Of a DNA stretch of 62,416 nucleotides, positions 36,029-46,969 are shown in pieces (within the stretch, counting starts at the first letter, position 1; each line of letters begins with the position of its first letter). The notes below the pieces were generated by a model that saw nothing but the letters and a program-made list of their open reading frames with translations, did no database searches and was not told where the DNA came from. This DNA comes from Rhodospirillales bacterium (lineage in GTDB: Bacteria > Pseudomonadota > Alphaproteobacteria > Bin95): NCBI GenBank assembly GCA_038143065.1, contig JAYQLI010000011.1, forward strand, positions 1 to 62,416, in the 5' to 3' direction. The position numbers and the translations under genes are program-made.

Positions 36029-36110
36029 TTCTCCACCCTTGGGGTCCGCGTCCTTGTACGCCGAAGACCTTATCCCGTAGAATCGCCCATCAAGCAAGGA
36101 GGGTAAAACC

Positions 36111-37256
36111 ATGCCCCATCGCCCACTCTCTGAAATAAGAGACACACTGAAACCGCAATGGTACCGTTCCAAAATGCGGCCTGAGCGCTTCCGTGAACTG
36201 TCCAAGCGCGATGATCGGAAAGGCTGGGTGCAGGCTGGTGGGCACTTCGCCCTGTTCTGCCTCACGAGTTTGGCGGTTTACCTGACGTGGGCTCAAGGTG
36301 TGTGGCTTTTATTTCTGATCGCTCTTTTCGTACATGGCACATTTGCCTCATTCTTTCGGGGAACAGCCGTGCAAGAACTTGGACATGGGACAGTGTTCCA
36401 GAGCAAGCGGTTGAACGATGCATTTCTTTATCTATTCAGTATGATCAGTTGGTGGAACCCCTTCGATTATGCCGCAAGCCATACCTATCATCACCGCTAC
36501 ACGTTGCATCCCGAGGGCGATCGCGAAGTTCTGATGCCGGTTCATCCAAATGTTGGCCGAACCTTCCTTTTGCAGATTTTCACACTAAACGTTTTTACCC
36601 AACCAGGACGCACATTCGGCAAGGGCGGCATTTTGTCGGCTATCTGGATGACGATGCTGGATGCCGTTGGGAAACTACCCTCGAACGATGTTCCAGCAAA
36701 CGAATGGCTACGTGCATTGCATGAAGATCAACCCGAACAGGCTCGGAAATCCATGTGGTGGTCGCGTATCCAGTTGGCGTTTCATGGCCTTGTCCTGATG
36801 GTGGCGATTAACACTGGCCAATGGGTCTTGCCGCTGATCCTAACACTTCCGAGTTACATAGCGAACTGGCTGAGTTACTTTGTCGGGCTGACCCAGCATT
36901 GCGGGCTGACGGAAGCGACAACGGATTTCCGAAAGAACACGCGCTCTATCCGCCTGCCGAAATTCGTTGAGTTTCTTTATTGGCATATGAACTGGCACAC
37001 CGAACATCACATGTACGCCGGTGTACCCTGCTATAACCTACCGCTCCTTGCGTTAGAGATCAAAGACGATATGCCAGAGCCGCGTACGCTTCGTGGGGCG
37101 TGGCGTGAGATGCTTGACACTTGGGAGCGTCAGAAGACTGACCCTACTTATGCGTTCGATACGCCCCTGCCTGCGACGGCAAAAACAACTTTACGGCAGG
37201 CGGCAGGCACCGAAGAAAAATCCATTGGTGAACTAGCCCCGAGAGGGCTCGCATAG
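36111..37256 (+). CDS. Membrane diiron fatty-acid-desaturase-family protein, MocD-like
   Basis: His boxes QELGH, HTYHH, HTEHH; QHCGL and GVPCYNLP. Confidence 0.8.
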   Translation: MPHRPLSEIRDTLKPQWYRSKMRPERFRELSKRDDRKGWVQAGGHFALFCLTSLAVYLTWAQGVWLLFLIALFVHGTFASFFRGTAVQELGHGTVFQSKRLNDAFLYLFSMISWWNPFDYAASHTYHHRYTLHPEGDREVLMPVHPNVGRTFLLQIFTLNVFTQPGRTFGKGGILSAIWMTMLDAVGKLPSNDVPANEWLRALHEDQPEQARKSMWWSRIQLAFHGLVLMVAINTGQWVLPLILTLPSYIANWLSYFVGLTQHCGLTEATTDFRKNTRSIRLPKFVEFLYWHMNWHTEHHMYAGVPCYNLPLLALEIKDDMPEPRTLRGAWREMLDTWERQKTDPTYAFDTPLPATAKTTLRQAAGTEEKSIGELAPRGLA

Positions 37257-37283
37257 CGTGGGCAATTTAAGAGGAGAATTGGG

Positions 37284-38114
37284 ATGAAACGGATCTACGA
37301 CTGGGATGCGAAGTTTTGCTTGCGCAACTATACTACCGCTGATTTGCTAGCGTTGAAGGGTGTCCGGAAACTCACCCAAACCACTGCCAATTCCGAAGAA
37401 GAGGCCGCCGCTGCCGCCGACGCGGGAATCGATTTGATCATGGTCAATGCGGTTAATGCAGAGGCGGTACGCTGCGGTGCACCAAATCACTTTTACACCG
37501 CTGCGATCCCGATGCCGGATCACCCTACAGAAAAAGACGTATTGGAAGCTGCTTTTCTGGCCATGAAACGAGGCGCGGATTCAGTCTACACCGCACGCGG
37601 TCCGCATGTCGTTGAGTTGCTGGCGCGCGAACAAATACCCGTCATGTGCCATCTTGGTCTTGTCCCGCGTCGTTCGACATGGAATGGCGGCCTTCGCGCC
37701 ATCGGCAAGACGGCCGAAGAAGCTTTAGCACTTTGGCAGAATTTCCGCGATATGGAAAATGCGGGTGCATTCTCTGTGGAAGCAGAGGTGATCTGTGATC
37801 GCGTAATGGCCGAGATCAGCAAACGAACCACGCTGATTACGTCGTCGCTGGGATCAGGCGCTTGGGCTGACATTATCTATCAGTTCCAGAACGACATCTG
37901 CGGTGAACAACCCGAAAGCCCCCGCCACGCCCGCGCATTTGGAAACCTCCACCGGTTACAGGAACAGATCCGCTCGGAGCGTCGAACGGCACTTTCCGCC
38001 TTCCATCAGGCAGCAAATTCAGGCGACTACCCCGCCACTTCCGAAACCGCAGCGATCGCGGACGAAGAATTTGACAGGCTTTTGACTATCTTGGCGAACA
38101 CCGGTGCTCATTGA
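37284..38114 (+). CDS. Divergent PanB-like (ketopantoate hydroxymethyltransferase fold) protein
   Basis: IPVMCHLGLVP, AGAFSVEAEV, PRHARAF; lacks the canonical LVGDS motif. Confidence 0.75.
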   Translation: MKRIYDWDAKFCLRNYTTADLLALKGVRKLTQTTANSEEEAAAAADAGIDLIMVNAVNAEAVRCGAPNHFYTAAIPMPDHPTEKDVLEAAFLAMKRGADSVYTARGPHVVELLAREQIPVMCHLGLVPRRSTWNGGLRAIGKTAEEALALWQNFRDMENAGAFSVEAEVICDRVMAEISKRTTLITSSLGSGAWADIIYQFQNDICGEQPESPRHARAFGNLHRLQEQIRSERRTALSAFHQAANSGDYPATSETAAIADEEFDRLLTILANTGAH

Positions 38115-38228
38115 CTGGTCTCGAACCCTTCTGTGCGATGCAATGCCATTGTGTCGCTTATGAGAGCGATTGCTGTAAAAGCGATTTCTGCGACTGGATA
38201 GGATCGACTTGATCTCGCTTAAAAAGTG

Positions 38229-38416
38229 GGGCGCGGGCGACCCACGACCTCACGCCACTCTGCCGTCAGCGCCTCACGCGAAGCCGCTGCCAAACTATCC
38301 AGATCAAGTCTCATTATCCACTCCGTGCAATCATCTCGTACTGAGCAGAGCCCGACGCTATTCGGGCACACCTACACACAGCTATACAGAACGCGGGAAG
38401 TCCAGTGGAAAGAGCA
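38229..38416 (-). repeat. Direct repeat copy B: leader plus 5' remnant of a DUF2924-like gene
   Basis: Aligns with 26658..26849; encodes MRLDLDSLAAASREALTAEWREVVGRP. Confidence 0.8.
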
Positions 38417-38561
38417 AAGATGGCTGGATCTCCGAATGGGCTAGTTGGGCTGAGAGAACCATCTTTAGAGACAGCAGGAGTTTGAATGGTCCGCAATTGT
38501 TCAAAGCCAAACCTTTGAAATACTCAATCTGAGAGGAACCCTGTGTCTCGTAGCGCGGTTT

Positions 38562-39260
38562 TTACCTGTCGAACGATATCGGCGCTGGTGTGGCGCCTGT
38601 GTCGTTTTGGTGAACATGTTGGGTGAGAGTGAATTTTTCACAACGCTGCAGGACGCGTGAAATTCTTTTTGCCCCTGTAGCCTTGGAGATGTGAGCAACA
38701 TTTTCAGCAGTGATCCCGCCGCCGGGCATGATAATGATTGCTTCACCAGCATGTTGAACCATCTTGGCGATTTCAGAAGCTCCGATGTCGGCGTTTTGGG
38801 CGCCGCCAGAGGTCAGGATCCGATCAAAACCCAGTTCAACCGCCATATCAATAGCGCGCAGTCGGTCTGTAATAACATCAACCACACGATGCAGCGTTGT
38901 ATCTAAACCTGACGCTTTATCCATAAGGCGCCCAAGGGATTTTATGTCCAAATTACCGGCCCCATCTTCGATACCGAATACGACACCGCTTAGGTTGTAG
39001 GAGCGCGCGGTTGAAATATCATGCGCCATTATTTCAATGTCATGCGGATCATAATTAAAATCACCGGCACGCGGTCGGATCATCACATGACAGGGGAGTC
39101 CGGCCTGCGCCGCGGCCTGCATTAAACCGGCTGAAGGCGTCAGGCCTCCTTCGCTCAGAGAGGAACACAGTTCAATCCGGTCTGCCCCTCCTTTCTTGGC
39201 AGCCATTAATCCCGCAAAAGAATCCACGCATACTTCGAGTATAGGACCAAATTTATTCAT
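38562..39260 (-). CDS. cutC: CutC-family protein
   Basis: LEVCVDS, GADRIELCS, GGLTPS, MIRPRAGDF, RILTSGG, MPGGGI. Confidence 0.92.
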   Translation of the reverse strand: MNKFGPILEVCVDSFAGLMAAKKGGADRIELCSSLSEGGLTPSAGLMQAAAQAGLPCHVMIRPRAGDFNYDPHDIEIMAHDISTARSYNLSGVVFGIEDGAGNLDIKSLGRLMDKASGLDTTLHRVVDVITDRLRAIDMAVELGFDRILTSGGAQNADIGASEIAKMVQHAGEAIIIMPGGGITAENVAHISKATGAKRISRVLQRCEKFTLTQHVHQNDTGATPAPISFDR

Positions 39261-40421
39261 TTTTTCTTGGTAGCTGTAATAAATCTGCGAGTGATCCCTG
39301 ATATTCTAAACCGTCGGTCAAGCAAATAATGTCTTTTATGCTGCGGCCCTGCAACTGATCCAACTCTAGTCCCATCGCGTTACCTGGTATGGTTATGGCC
39401 ATTTTCAAAGCATCTTCTGCAGAAATTCCGATGCCGTCTACCAAGCGTTTAACACCTTCGTTTTGAGTTGTGTGGGCGCCTGCCAGACCACCTTCACTGT
39501 TGACCAAACGGTTGTTGATAAGGGCAACCTTTGATCCGTACAGATTAAATTCGGTCGGGCCGCCAACGGTGGGCATAGCATCTGAGACAAGATACATCCG
39601 ATCCGAGACGGGCCTTGCGCGAATGGCCATTGCGACCATTTCATCGGCAACATGTATTCCGTCACAAATAATTCCAGCGAAGGCGTGCGAGTTGATCGCC
39701 GCGCCCACCACACCGGGCTCACGGCCCGCCATGGGCGGCATCGCGTTGAAAAGATGTGTGAAGCAACTCGCGCCGGCTTCTAGCGCGCGGCGCACTACGT
39801 CCGCTGGGGCCTTTGAATGGCCGATCGAGACCACTGTGCCCAAGTCGACCAAACGGCTAATGTCTTCCGGTGAAACGACATCTGGAGCGAGAGTGAGCAT
39901 CGTTGGCACATGAGCGCTCCTAAGTCTCTCGACGAGCCGGATAGTGTCTTCATCCAAGGGTCTGACAAACTCTGCCTTATGCGTACCACGCCTTTCTACC
40001 GATATGTGCGGGCCCTCGATATGCATTCCCAAGATGCCATTTTGGCCTACGGCTTCCATTACCGCATCAACGGCCCGGCTTAAGACTGATACTGAATCTG
40101 TGATGACTGTCGGCAAAATTCCTGTTGTCCCATATTTTCTGTGCGCTTTGCGATGTCCCAAATCGCCTCTTTGGTCGGTGTCTCATTCAAGAGAACGCCA
40201 CCGCCACCGTTGACTTGAAGGTCTACAAATCCAGGAGAAATTATACCTTCAAAATCAATTACCTGATGGGCTTCTTTAATCTGAATATCTTCGGTGAATA
40301 TCTGGACCCTTCCGTTCAAAACCCCTAGCACAGCTCCCATATGGAGCCTTCCTTTGTTGAACAAACGAGACGGACGGATCCATTGTGTAATATCAGCAGC
40401 TTCAGTCACCACGGTCCCCAA
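39253..40421 (-). CDS. nagA: N-acetylhexosamine-6-phosphate deacetylase (frameshifted)
   Basis: PGFVDLQVNG, HIEGP, IGHS, THLFNAM, DGIHV, VSDAM. Confidence 0.92.
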
Positions 40422-41661
40422 AAATAGGGCAACAGAGCGCCTTGAACTTCGCTTCGAACGATTGCGCGCCCGCGTGATGCTGCCAATCCTTCCGAACGCT
40501 TTAGGACGTCTGATGAAAAGCTTTTTGCCAAAATGTGTTCGGGGACTTTCAACTCATCGAAAGTCAAAATTAAGGCCTCAACTGCCTCTTGAACGGCCGG
40601 CAATGGCCAATAGTATCGGATACGATCTGCATAACTGAAGTGCCATTTAGACATGTCGTCCTCTGAGTAATGCGATCTCCAGTGTTCAGGATTGTTGCGC
40701 ATCGCAGCTTCCATAACCTGAGGAAGTGCAACCTCCGAAGGGGTTAGCTTTTGAACAATGTGATCAAGAGCATAAAGCGCTCTTCGCAATGCGAAAGTCA
40801 GTGCTGGACCAACTTTTGGAATGCAAAACCCATGTCAGCAAGTTTTGCGAATGTCTCTGGCGGTTGATAATCTGTTGAATGTGCTTCAAGGCAAATTTCC
40901 GTATACTCCGAAATAGCCTCGCGAAGCCCGGGGTCTGTGGCGTTTGCCATGGTGAAGACGTGATCTGGTCCAAACTCAACACCCGGCTGAACCACGAGTG
41001 CAGAAACTTGAGGCCACGAATCTGCGATTCCCTTTTCGGCGAAGGCGGCGCGGTGTGCCATGAGAGTTTTGACCGCAGCTTCAGGAGATGTCGGTATAAT
41101 ATGCCCGTCTTCGCCAAGCCGTGCACCACCAGGGGCAGGGACCTCGGTCCCGATCACAAATATCAGGTCTTTGGGCACGGGTGCGGCATTGAGACAACTA
41201 ACGGCTAGAAGCGCAGCCCGTTCAGCAGCTGTTACATCGTCGAGCATTGGCGGTTCTCCCGCACAACCTCCTGAACAATCGAGATGGATCTTTTTGATGC
41301 CTGCGCGTACATAATCGGATACAAGGTCATGTGCCTTGGCCATGGCCCTATCAGCGGTTTCTGATTTCCACACCTGTGGACCCAAATGATCACCACCAAG
41401 TTCTACAATATTCGGTGCAATTCCATATTTGGATTTTAGGTCATCAATGAACGCGACGAATGCGCGTGCATCCATACCTGTATAGCCCCCGAACTGATTG
41501 ACCTGATTTGATGTTGCTTCAATCACCAGCGGTCGGTTCAGACTTGAAGCAAGCTGTAAAGAGGCGCTCAAAACCTCTGGATGTGCAGAGCAAACCGATG
41601 GAATTGTTATACACTCGCCCGCCTTGTTACGGGCAATAATATCCCGCAGCATATCAGACAT
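40406..41661 (-). CDS. agaZ: AgaZ/KbaZ-family protein (probable tagatose-6-phosphate 4-epimerase; frameshifted)
   Basis: SVCSAHP, IEATSNQVNQFGGYTGM, GGDHLGP, IGTEVP, EAHSTDYQ, DRIRYYW. Confidence 0.9.
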
Positions 41662-42547
41662 GATAGGCCTCATATGCCGCGCCAAGAGCTGCAGCCGTCT
41701 CGCCGCGGGTTCCCAGCCGAATGGTGGAAGCGTAAGTTCTCTCCAGGCAACTCGCTTTAATGCACTTTCAAGCGCTTGAATTATGCCCGGAATTTTTGAC
41801 AAGCCGCCACCCAGAACGATTGTCCTTGGATCGATGGTGGTCATTATGGTCAAGATTAGGGCAGCATTTATCTCGCACCAAATTTCCCAGACGCGGGAAA
41901 TGTCTGGATTGGAGCGACCAAATTCAATCTCACGCGAGGTCAAATCGCGCCCCAAAATATGCTTAGCCAAACGTTCCATTCCGGGACCGGAACCGTAAGT
42001 CTCGTAACATCCAAATCGGCCACATCCGCATTTAAGTATGGGAAGATTGTGCGCAGCAATGATTGCGCCTGAAATTGGCATATGTCCGAATTCCCCGATT
42101 GACCATCGCCGTTATTGATCAAGGCGCCGTCTATGGAAACACCGCCCGCAATGCCTGTTCCTAAGACGAGGCCGACGATTGTGCCTTTTGATTGCTCAGC
42201 TCCAAAAATAGCTTCGGCTTGAGTGAAAGCCCGGCAGTCATTAAGCCAAGTATACCGCCCGCCAGCAGCCTTGGCGACATCCTGAGCAAACGGCATTCCA
42301 TTGGCTGGTAAATTTGCGGAGATCCAAGTGCCTGAGTTTGGATTTGAAAGGCCTGCCGCTGCGATCCCTGCGGGCAAATTGGGGTTTTCTTTCTGTAGCC
42401 AACAAATTTGATCGACCACTGCGGCGACCAGTTCGAGGTAGGTCGTCGGTGTTTCAATGCGGCGTTTGTCGGCGACGTTCCAATCCGCATCGAACTTTGC
42501 GCCTCAATTTTGGTTCCGCCAAGGTCTATTCCCCCAGCTCTAATCAT
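41650..42547 (-). CDS. ROK-family sugar kinase (N-acetylhexosamine kinase-like; frameshifted)
   Basis: GIDLGGTKIE, LNDC, LGTGIAGG, CGCGRFGCYE, VLGGGLS. Confidence 0.88.
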
Positions 42548-43636
42548 TGTACTGGCTCGATGAGGGTGAAGTTGCACGCCTGAAACCACGCGCGTCAGTG
42601 TTGATTGCCCAACAAACGGATCATCAACCCTAAGGCCAAGTCTATCTGACCAGACTACTGAAGCGAGCTGTGCGGGCATTACGGAAAGGACGCTATCCCA
42701 CACTGAAGACCCAATTGATTTGGTTGAAAAATTTGCGTCTTCGCCAATTGTCATTGTCGTCGCCTCCGGAAACTGTATACGCAGCTCTTCAACTAAATCG
42801 GCCTCATATTTTGTTGCGGGATACCCAGCGCTGTGCAGGACATAAATTGCTGTTCCACTCGATATAAAGCTCTTTGGGCCGTGGCGAAAACCAAGGGTAC
42901 TATCCCAAAGCGCGGGGATTTTTCCAGCAGTCAGCTCCATCACTTTCAGCGCGGATTCTCTGGCGGCAAAGGCCATTGGGCCGGAGCCGACAAAGACGGC
43001 CCGTGACGGAACTTCTGATCTGAGGATTTGACTGGCAAATACCGGTAAAACGGCTTCTGCGTGCTCAGCTAAGCGGCGTATATTATATCTCGCGTCGGCA
43101 CCTGTATCAAAAATGGATAGCGCTGTCAGAAGCATGGCAGAAAAGCTCGAAGTCATAGCAAAGCCAGCGTCGTGACAGGCATCCGGCAGTAAGATGGAGC
43201 GACCTAAAGTGCTTTTCGCGAGAGCGCTTTCTGAATTACATGTGATGTTTAGGGTTGGCAGCGAGGGCGCCAGAACTTCGATGGCGCTTAAAGTCCCGAG
43301 TGTTTCACTTGAATTTCCAGATCGCCCAAAATTGACAATTAGGAGGTCGTTTGGTGGATTGTTGAGATAATATCCAGCACGGGCGACAAGGTCGGTTGAT
43401 GGAACGGAGCGAAATCGGATGCCGCCTGCATTGGGCAGGCCAGCGGCAATGATGTCACCGATATATGCCGATGTGCCGGCTCCACAAAACCAGACCTCTT
43501 TAATGCCGAGTTGCGCAATCCAACTTTTGTACGCCTCAGCAGAAAAATCATTCGACCAGGCACGCCAAATGTCTGGCTGCGCATGGATTTCCTGCCAAGT
43601 ATTCGATTTCTGGATTTGGTCGATAAGAGAGTTCAT
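42544..43636 (-). CDS. agaS: AgaS-like SIS-domain galactosamine-6-phosphate deaminase/isomerase
   Basis: GAGTSAYIG, RSGNSSE, GFAMTSSFS, ESALKVMELTAG, GFRHGPKS, TRVVSGV. Confidence 0.88.
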
Positions 43637-44648
43637 GAGGTTCTAGTGACCTTGGAAAGTGTGGAGGGGTTATCTGGGTCATGCCCTAAATCAAGCGCTG
43701 TGTTAAGTACAACGGGATAAAGCATATAAAGCAACATCGCCGCCGCTGCGGCCGAACAAAACAAAGCTTCGTAAAGGCGGCGCTAACCTGAAAACATCAG
43801 CACCAGCCGCCCTAAATTTTAGCTCGGCTTTGTCCAGACTGGCTTGGCTTTCGGGTTCACAGGTATCGAGTAATAGGACAAACAAGGAGTTTGTCGCCAA
43901 TTGCAACGGGCCGTGCAAAACTTCGGACGCCGAATAGGCCTCAGCATGCAGTGCGATAGTTTCTTTAAGTTTAAGTGCCACCTCTTGGGCTGCGCCAAAT
44001 CCTGCACCGCGACCGACGACGTAGACATGATTAGCGCGCTGCAAGGCAAATCGTAATTCCTCAAGTTCTGCAAAATCCGTTCGGGCTAGGTTACGCATTG
44101 ATACCGAAGCATTTTCTGGCGAAATCCCGATACGCAGGATCCAAAGCCGACAAAAGCGACATGCCCGCCGCGATGGACCCAATTACAGATTTTGTCGCCG
44201 GAACAGCGCGTTCAATCCCCGCATTTATCGGAATTGTAAGATCAGCGACATCTTCAACAGGAGAGGCAGGTTGATTGGTCAGCGCGATAACGTTTCCGTT
44301 TGCCTTCCTGATGCCTTTCGCGCAGGCAACCAAATCATCGGAAGTACCGGATTGAGAAATCACTAATCCGGCGGTATCCTCCATCCGGATACCCTGATAA
44401 ATCGAGAAGATTGAAGGAGGCAGAGATGTCACCGGTTTGTGCAATCTAGACATGAACAGGTAAGACAGAATATTGGCTACTGCATCTGAGGATCCGCGCG
44501 CGATGGTGTAAAAGGCGCGCGTCTTAGACAAATCTTGAAAGAAAAGGGCAGGGCTGTGGTCCGCGATTGCAGTTGATGCAAAGACTTCGGGAGCTTCTAA
44601 AATCTCAGCTGCCATGAACTGCCCTGGTTTTTTCTGAAAGGCTATCAT
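43633..44648 (-). CDS. SIS-domain glucosamine-6-phosphate deaminase (NagB-II-like; frameshifted)
   Basis: ARGSSD, ISQSG, VPATKS, EVALKLKE, EVLHGP, C-terminal LSKVTRT. Confidence 0.85.
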
Positions 44649-45789
44649 TTCGTACGTAAACCAAACTTATCAAATTCTGCCCAAAATGGGCTTAGGTCGA
44701 CGACTTGGCCGATCTCTCGTGCTTCATCAAGCGCAAGAGCCGTAATCCCTGCCTCCAATGCATCCACAATGCCGACCGGTAACTGATCGAGCTCGCCGCG
44801 AAGAAACGCAACTATATCAGCAACCATCATATGATCTGCTCCGTAATGGGCGCTGGCTCTTGTGCTATCCTGATTGGTGTAGTCTGCTTCGAACGCCACG
44901 GAGCCATCTCGTTTAGTGACTTTCAGGTATCCGCGAACAAAATCGCCTTCCGCCATTCCGTGTGTACCAATAACACAAAATCGGCGGTGTTCGTCTGGTA
45001 CATTCAGGTTGGTATGAAACGCCAGCGAAGGGCCGTTTTCGTAATCAAGAATGGCTGTTTGAAAATCAATAATATCACCGTTTGATTGAAACGGATCATC
45101 GACGCTGTCCCAAACAGACTTTTTTATATGAAAAATCTCGGCTTCAATGTTTGATGTAGGGGCATTTTGGGGAGAAAAGAGCGCCGTCCGCCAAAGCTCG
45201 CAACCCTTTTGGGGCGCGAACCCGTTATCATGTTGTAGATGTCCAGATCGTGGCAGCATTTTTCTAGCATGAAGCCGCCCGAATGTCCGACCATGCGGCG
45301 CCAATCGCGCATGAAAAATGCGCCATGATAAGGTCCTATATGTTCATTGCCCTCAATAGAGACAATTTCGCCCAGATGACCGTTCGTAATTGCTCGGCGC
45401 AGATCTACCATATGTTGTGAATGGCGCAGAACCAGACCAACCATGACGCGGTCAGTACCAAATTCTGCCAATAATTTTGCAAGCTTCAGCGTGTCGTCCT
45501 TATTTGTGACTACGGGTTTTTCAGTGAAAACTCGAACACCCGCCCGCAGACCTGCTTCGATCTGTTCCAGATGAAACGCATTAGGGGAGCAGACAAAAAA
45601 CAGCTCAGGATTGGTTTCTGAAAGCATCTGTTCAATTGAGCCGAACCGTCGAGTGTCGGTTCCGATCATCTCAACGTGGCTGGGCTGGGGGTCAAAGTAC
45701 CCCACAACTTGCACCTCTTTCATCGTCTCCTTGAAGATCGAAAGAACGTGTCCTGCACGCAAACCAATTCCTGATGTTACGATCCGCAT
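44645..45789 (-). CDS. Gfo/Idh/MocA oxidoreductase (frameshifted)
   Basis: GIGLRA, CSPNAFH, FTEKP, SGGFMLEKCCHDLD, HYGAD. Confidence 0.88.
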
Positions 45790-46898
45790 CGATACCCCCT
45801 AGCCGGAAATTTCAGGCGCCTGAAGACGGCGCATAACGGTTCCGAAGCGTCGAAAACATGGCAGTCTTTGGGGTCAAGTGTCAGTTCAGTGGTTTCCCCT
45901 TCGCGGACATTTGCCACGCCGTCCAAAGCGGCACATATGCGCGAACCAGCGTCTGTTGTCCCATAAGTGATTGATGTGCCGCCAAGGCGTTCCACGACCG
46001 ACACGTTCAGTTTCAGGCCCTTTGGTCCTTGGGCTATATTTTCCGGCCGAATGCCGATGTCCACGTTTTCGCCGATTGATGCGGAGCCGGTTTCAACCGG
46101 TAATTTCAGTTGAAGGCCGTTCTCCATCTGGACAGACAACCCATCTGCATTTGCGCCGGTCACCTTGGCAGGCAAGAAGTTCATGTTGGGCTGACCTATG
46201 AATGAGGCTACGAATTTAGTCGCTGGATGATGATAAAGTTCCATTGGCGTCCCAAATTGTTCGACACGACCCTTATTGAGCACCACAATACGGTCAGCCA
46301 TTGTCATGGCTTCAATCTGGTCATGCGTCACATAAATCATCGTCGCCTGCAGGTCACGGTGGAGCTGAGATAGTTCGACGCGCATATCACCCCGGAGTGC
46401 CGCATCAAGATTTGATAAAGGTTCATCGAAAAGGAAAATTTTAGGCTCTCGAACGATGGATCGTCCGATAGCCACTCGCTGCCGCTGGCCACCTGACAGC
46501 TGAGCGGGTTTTAGTTTCAGTTTGTCATTTAGTTGAAGAATGTCGGCCGCTCTTGCAACACGTTCTTTCAGCTCTGCCTCTGGCATCTTTGCGACCCGGA
46601 GTGGGAAGGCGATATTTTCAAACACTGAAAGGTGCGGATAAAGCGCGTAGGATTGAAAGACCATCGAAATTCCACGATCAACTGGATGCGCCAAGCTGAC
46701 GTCTTCGCCATCAATCACAACGGAACCGTTCGTTGCCTCTTCCAAGCCCGCTATAATGCGCAACAAAGTGGATTTACCACAGCCAGACGGTCCAACAAAG
46801 ACGACGAATTCTTTGTCCTTGATTGACAGTTGAATGTCATAAAGCACCTTGGTCTCGCCGAATGACTTGCTGATGTTATTGAGGTCAAGCCTGGCCAT
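45777..46898 (-). CDS. Carbohydrate ABC transporter ATP-binding protein (MalK/UgpC-like)
   Basis: GPSGCGKS, LSGGQRQRV, DEPLSNLD, VTHDQ. Confidence 0.95.
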   Translation of the reverse strand: MARLDLNNISKSFGETKVLYDIQLSIKDKEFVVFVGPSGCGKSTLLRIIAGLEEATNGSVVIDGEDVSLAHPVDRGISMVFQSYALYPHLSVFENIAFPLRVAKMPEAELKERVARAADILQLNDKLKLKPAQLSGGQRQRVAIGRSIVREPKIFLFDEPLSNLDAALRGDMRVELSQLHRDLQATMIYVTHDQIEAMTMADRIVVLNKGRVEQFGTPMELYHHPATKFVASFIGQPNMNFLPAKVTGANADGLSVQMENGLQLKLPVETGSASIGENVDIGIRPENIAQGPKGLKLNVSVVERLGGTSITYGTTDAGSRICAALDGVANVREGETTELTLDPKDCHVFDASEPLCAVFRRLKFPARGYRCGS

Positions 46899-46969
46899 GT
46901 GGGTTCTTTCTGTATCGTAAAATTGGTGCGAGGGCGATTGCTGGCCCCCGCGTTTCGCTTGCGTAAAAA

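Noticed and set aside
26658-38416. Repeats as a CRISPR array or structured ncRNA
   Set aside because: Only two long copies 11 kb apart, no spacers or cas genes; partly protein-coding on the minus strand
40798-43636. Apparent ROK-AgaZ and AgaS-ROK fusions
   Set aside because: Overlapping stop/start junctions shifted by indels; each family normally occurs as a separate gene
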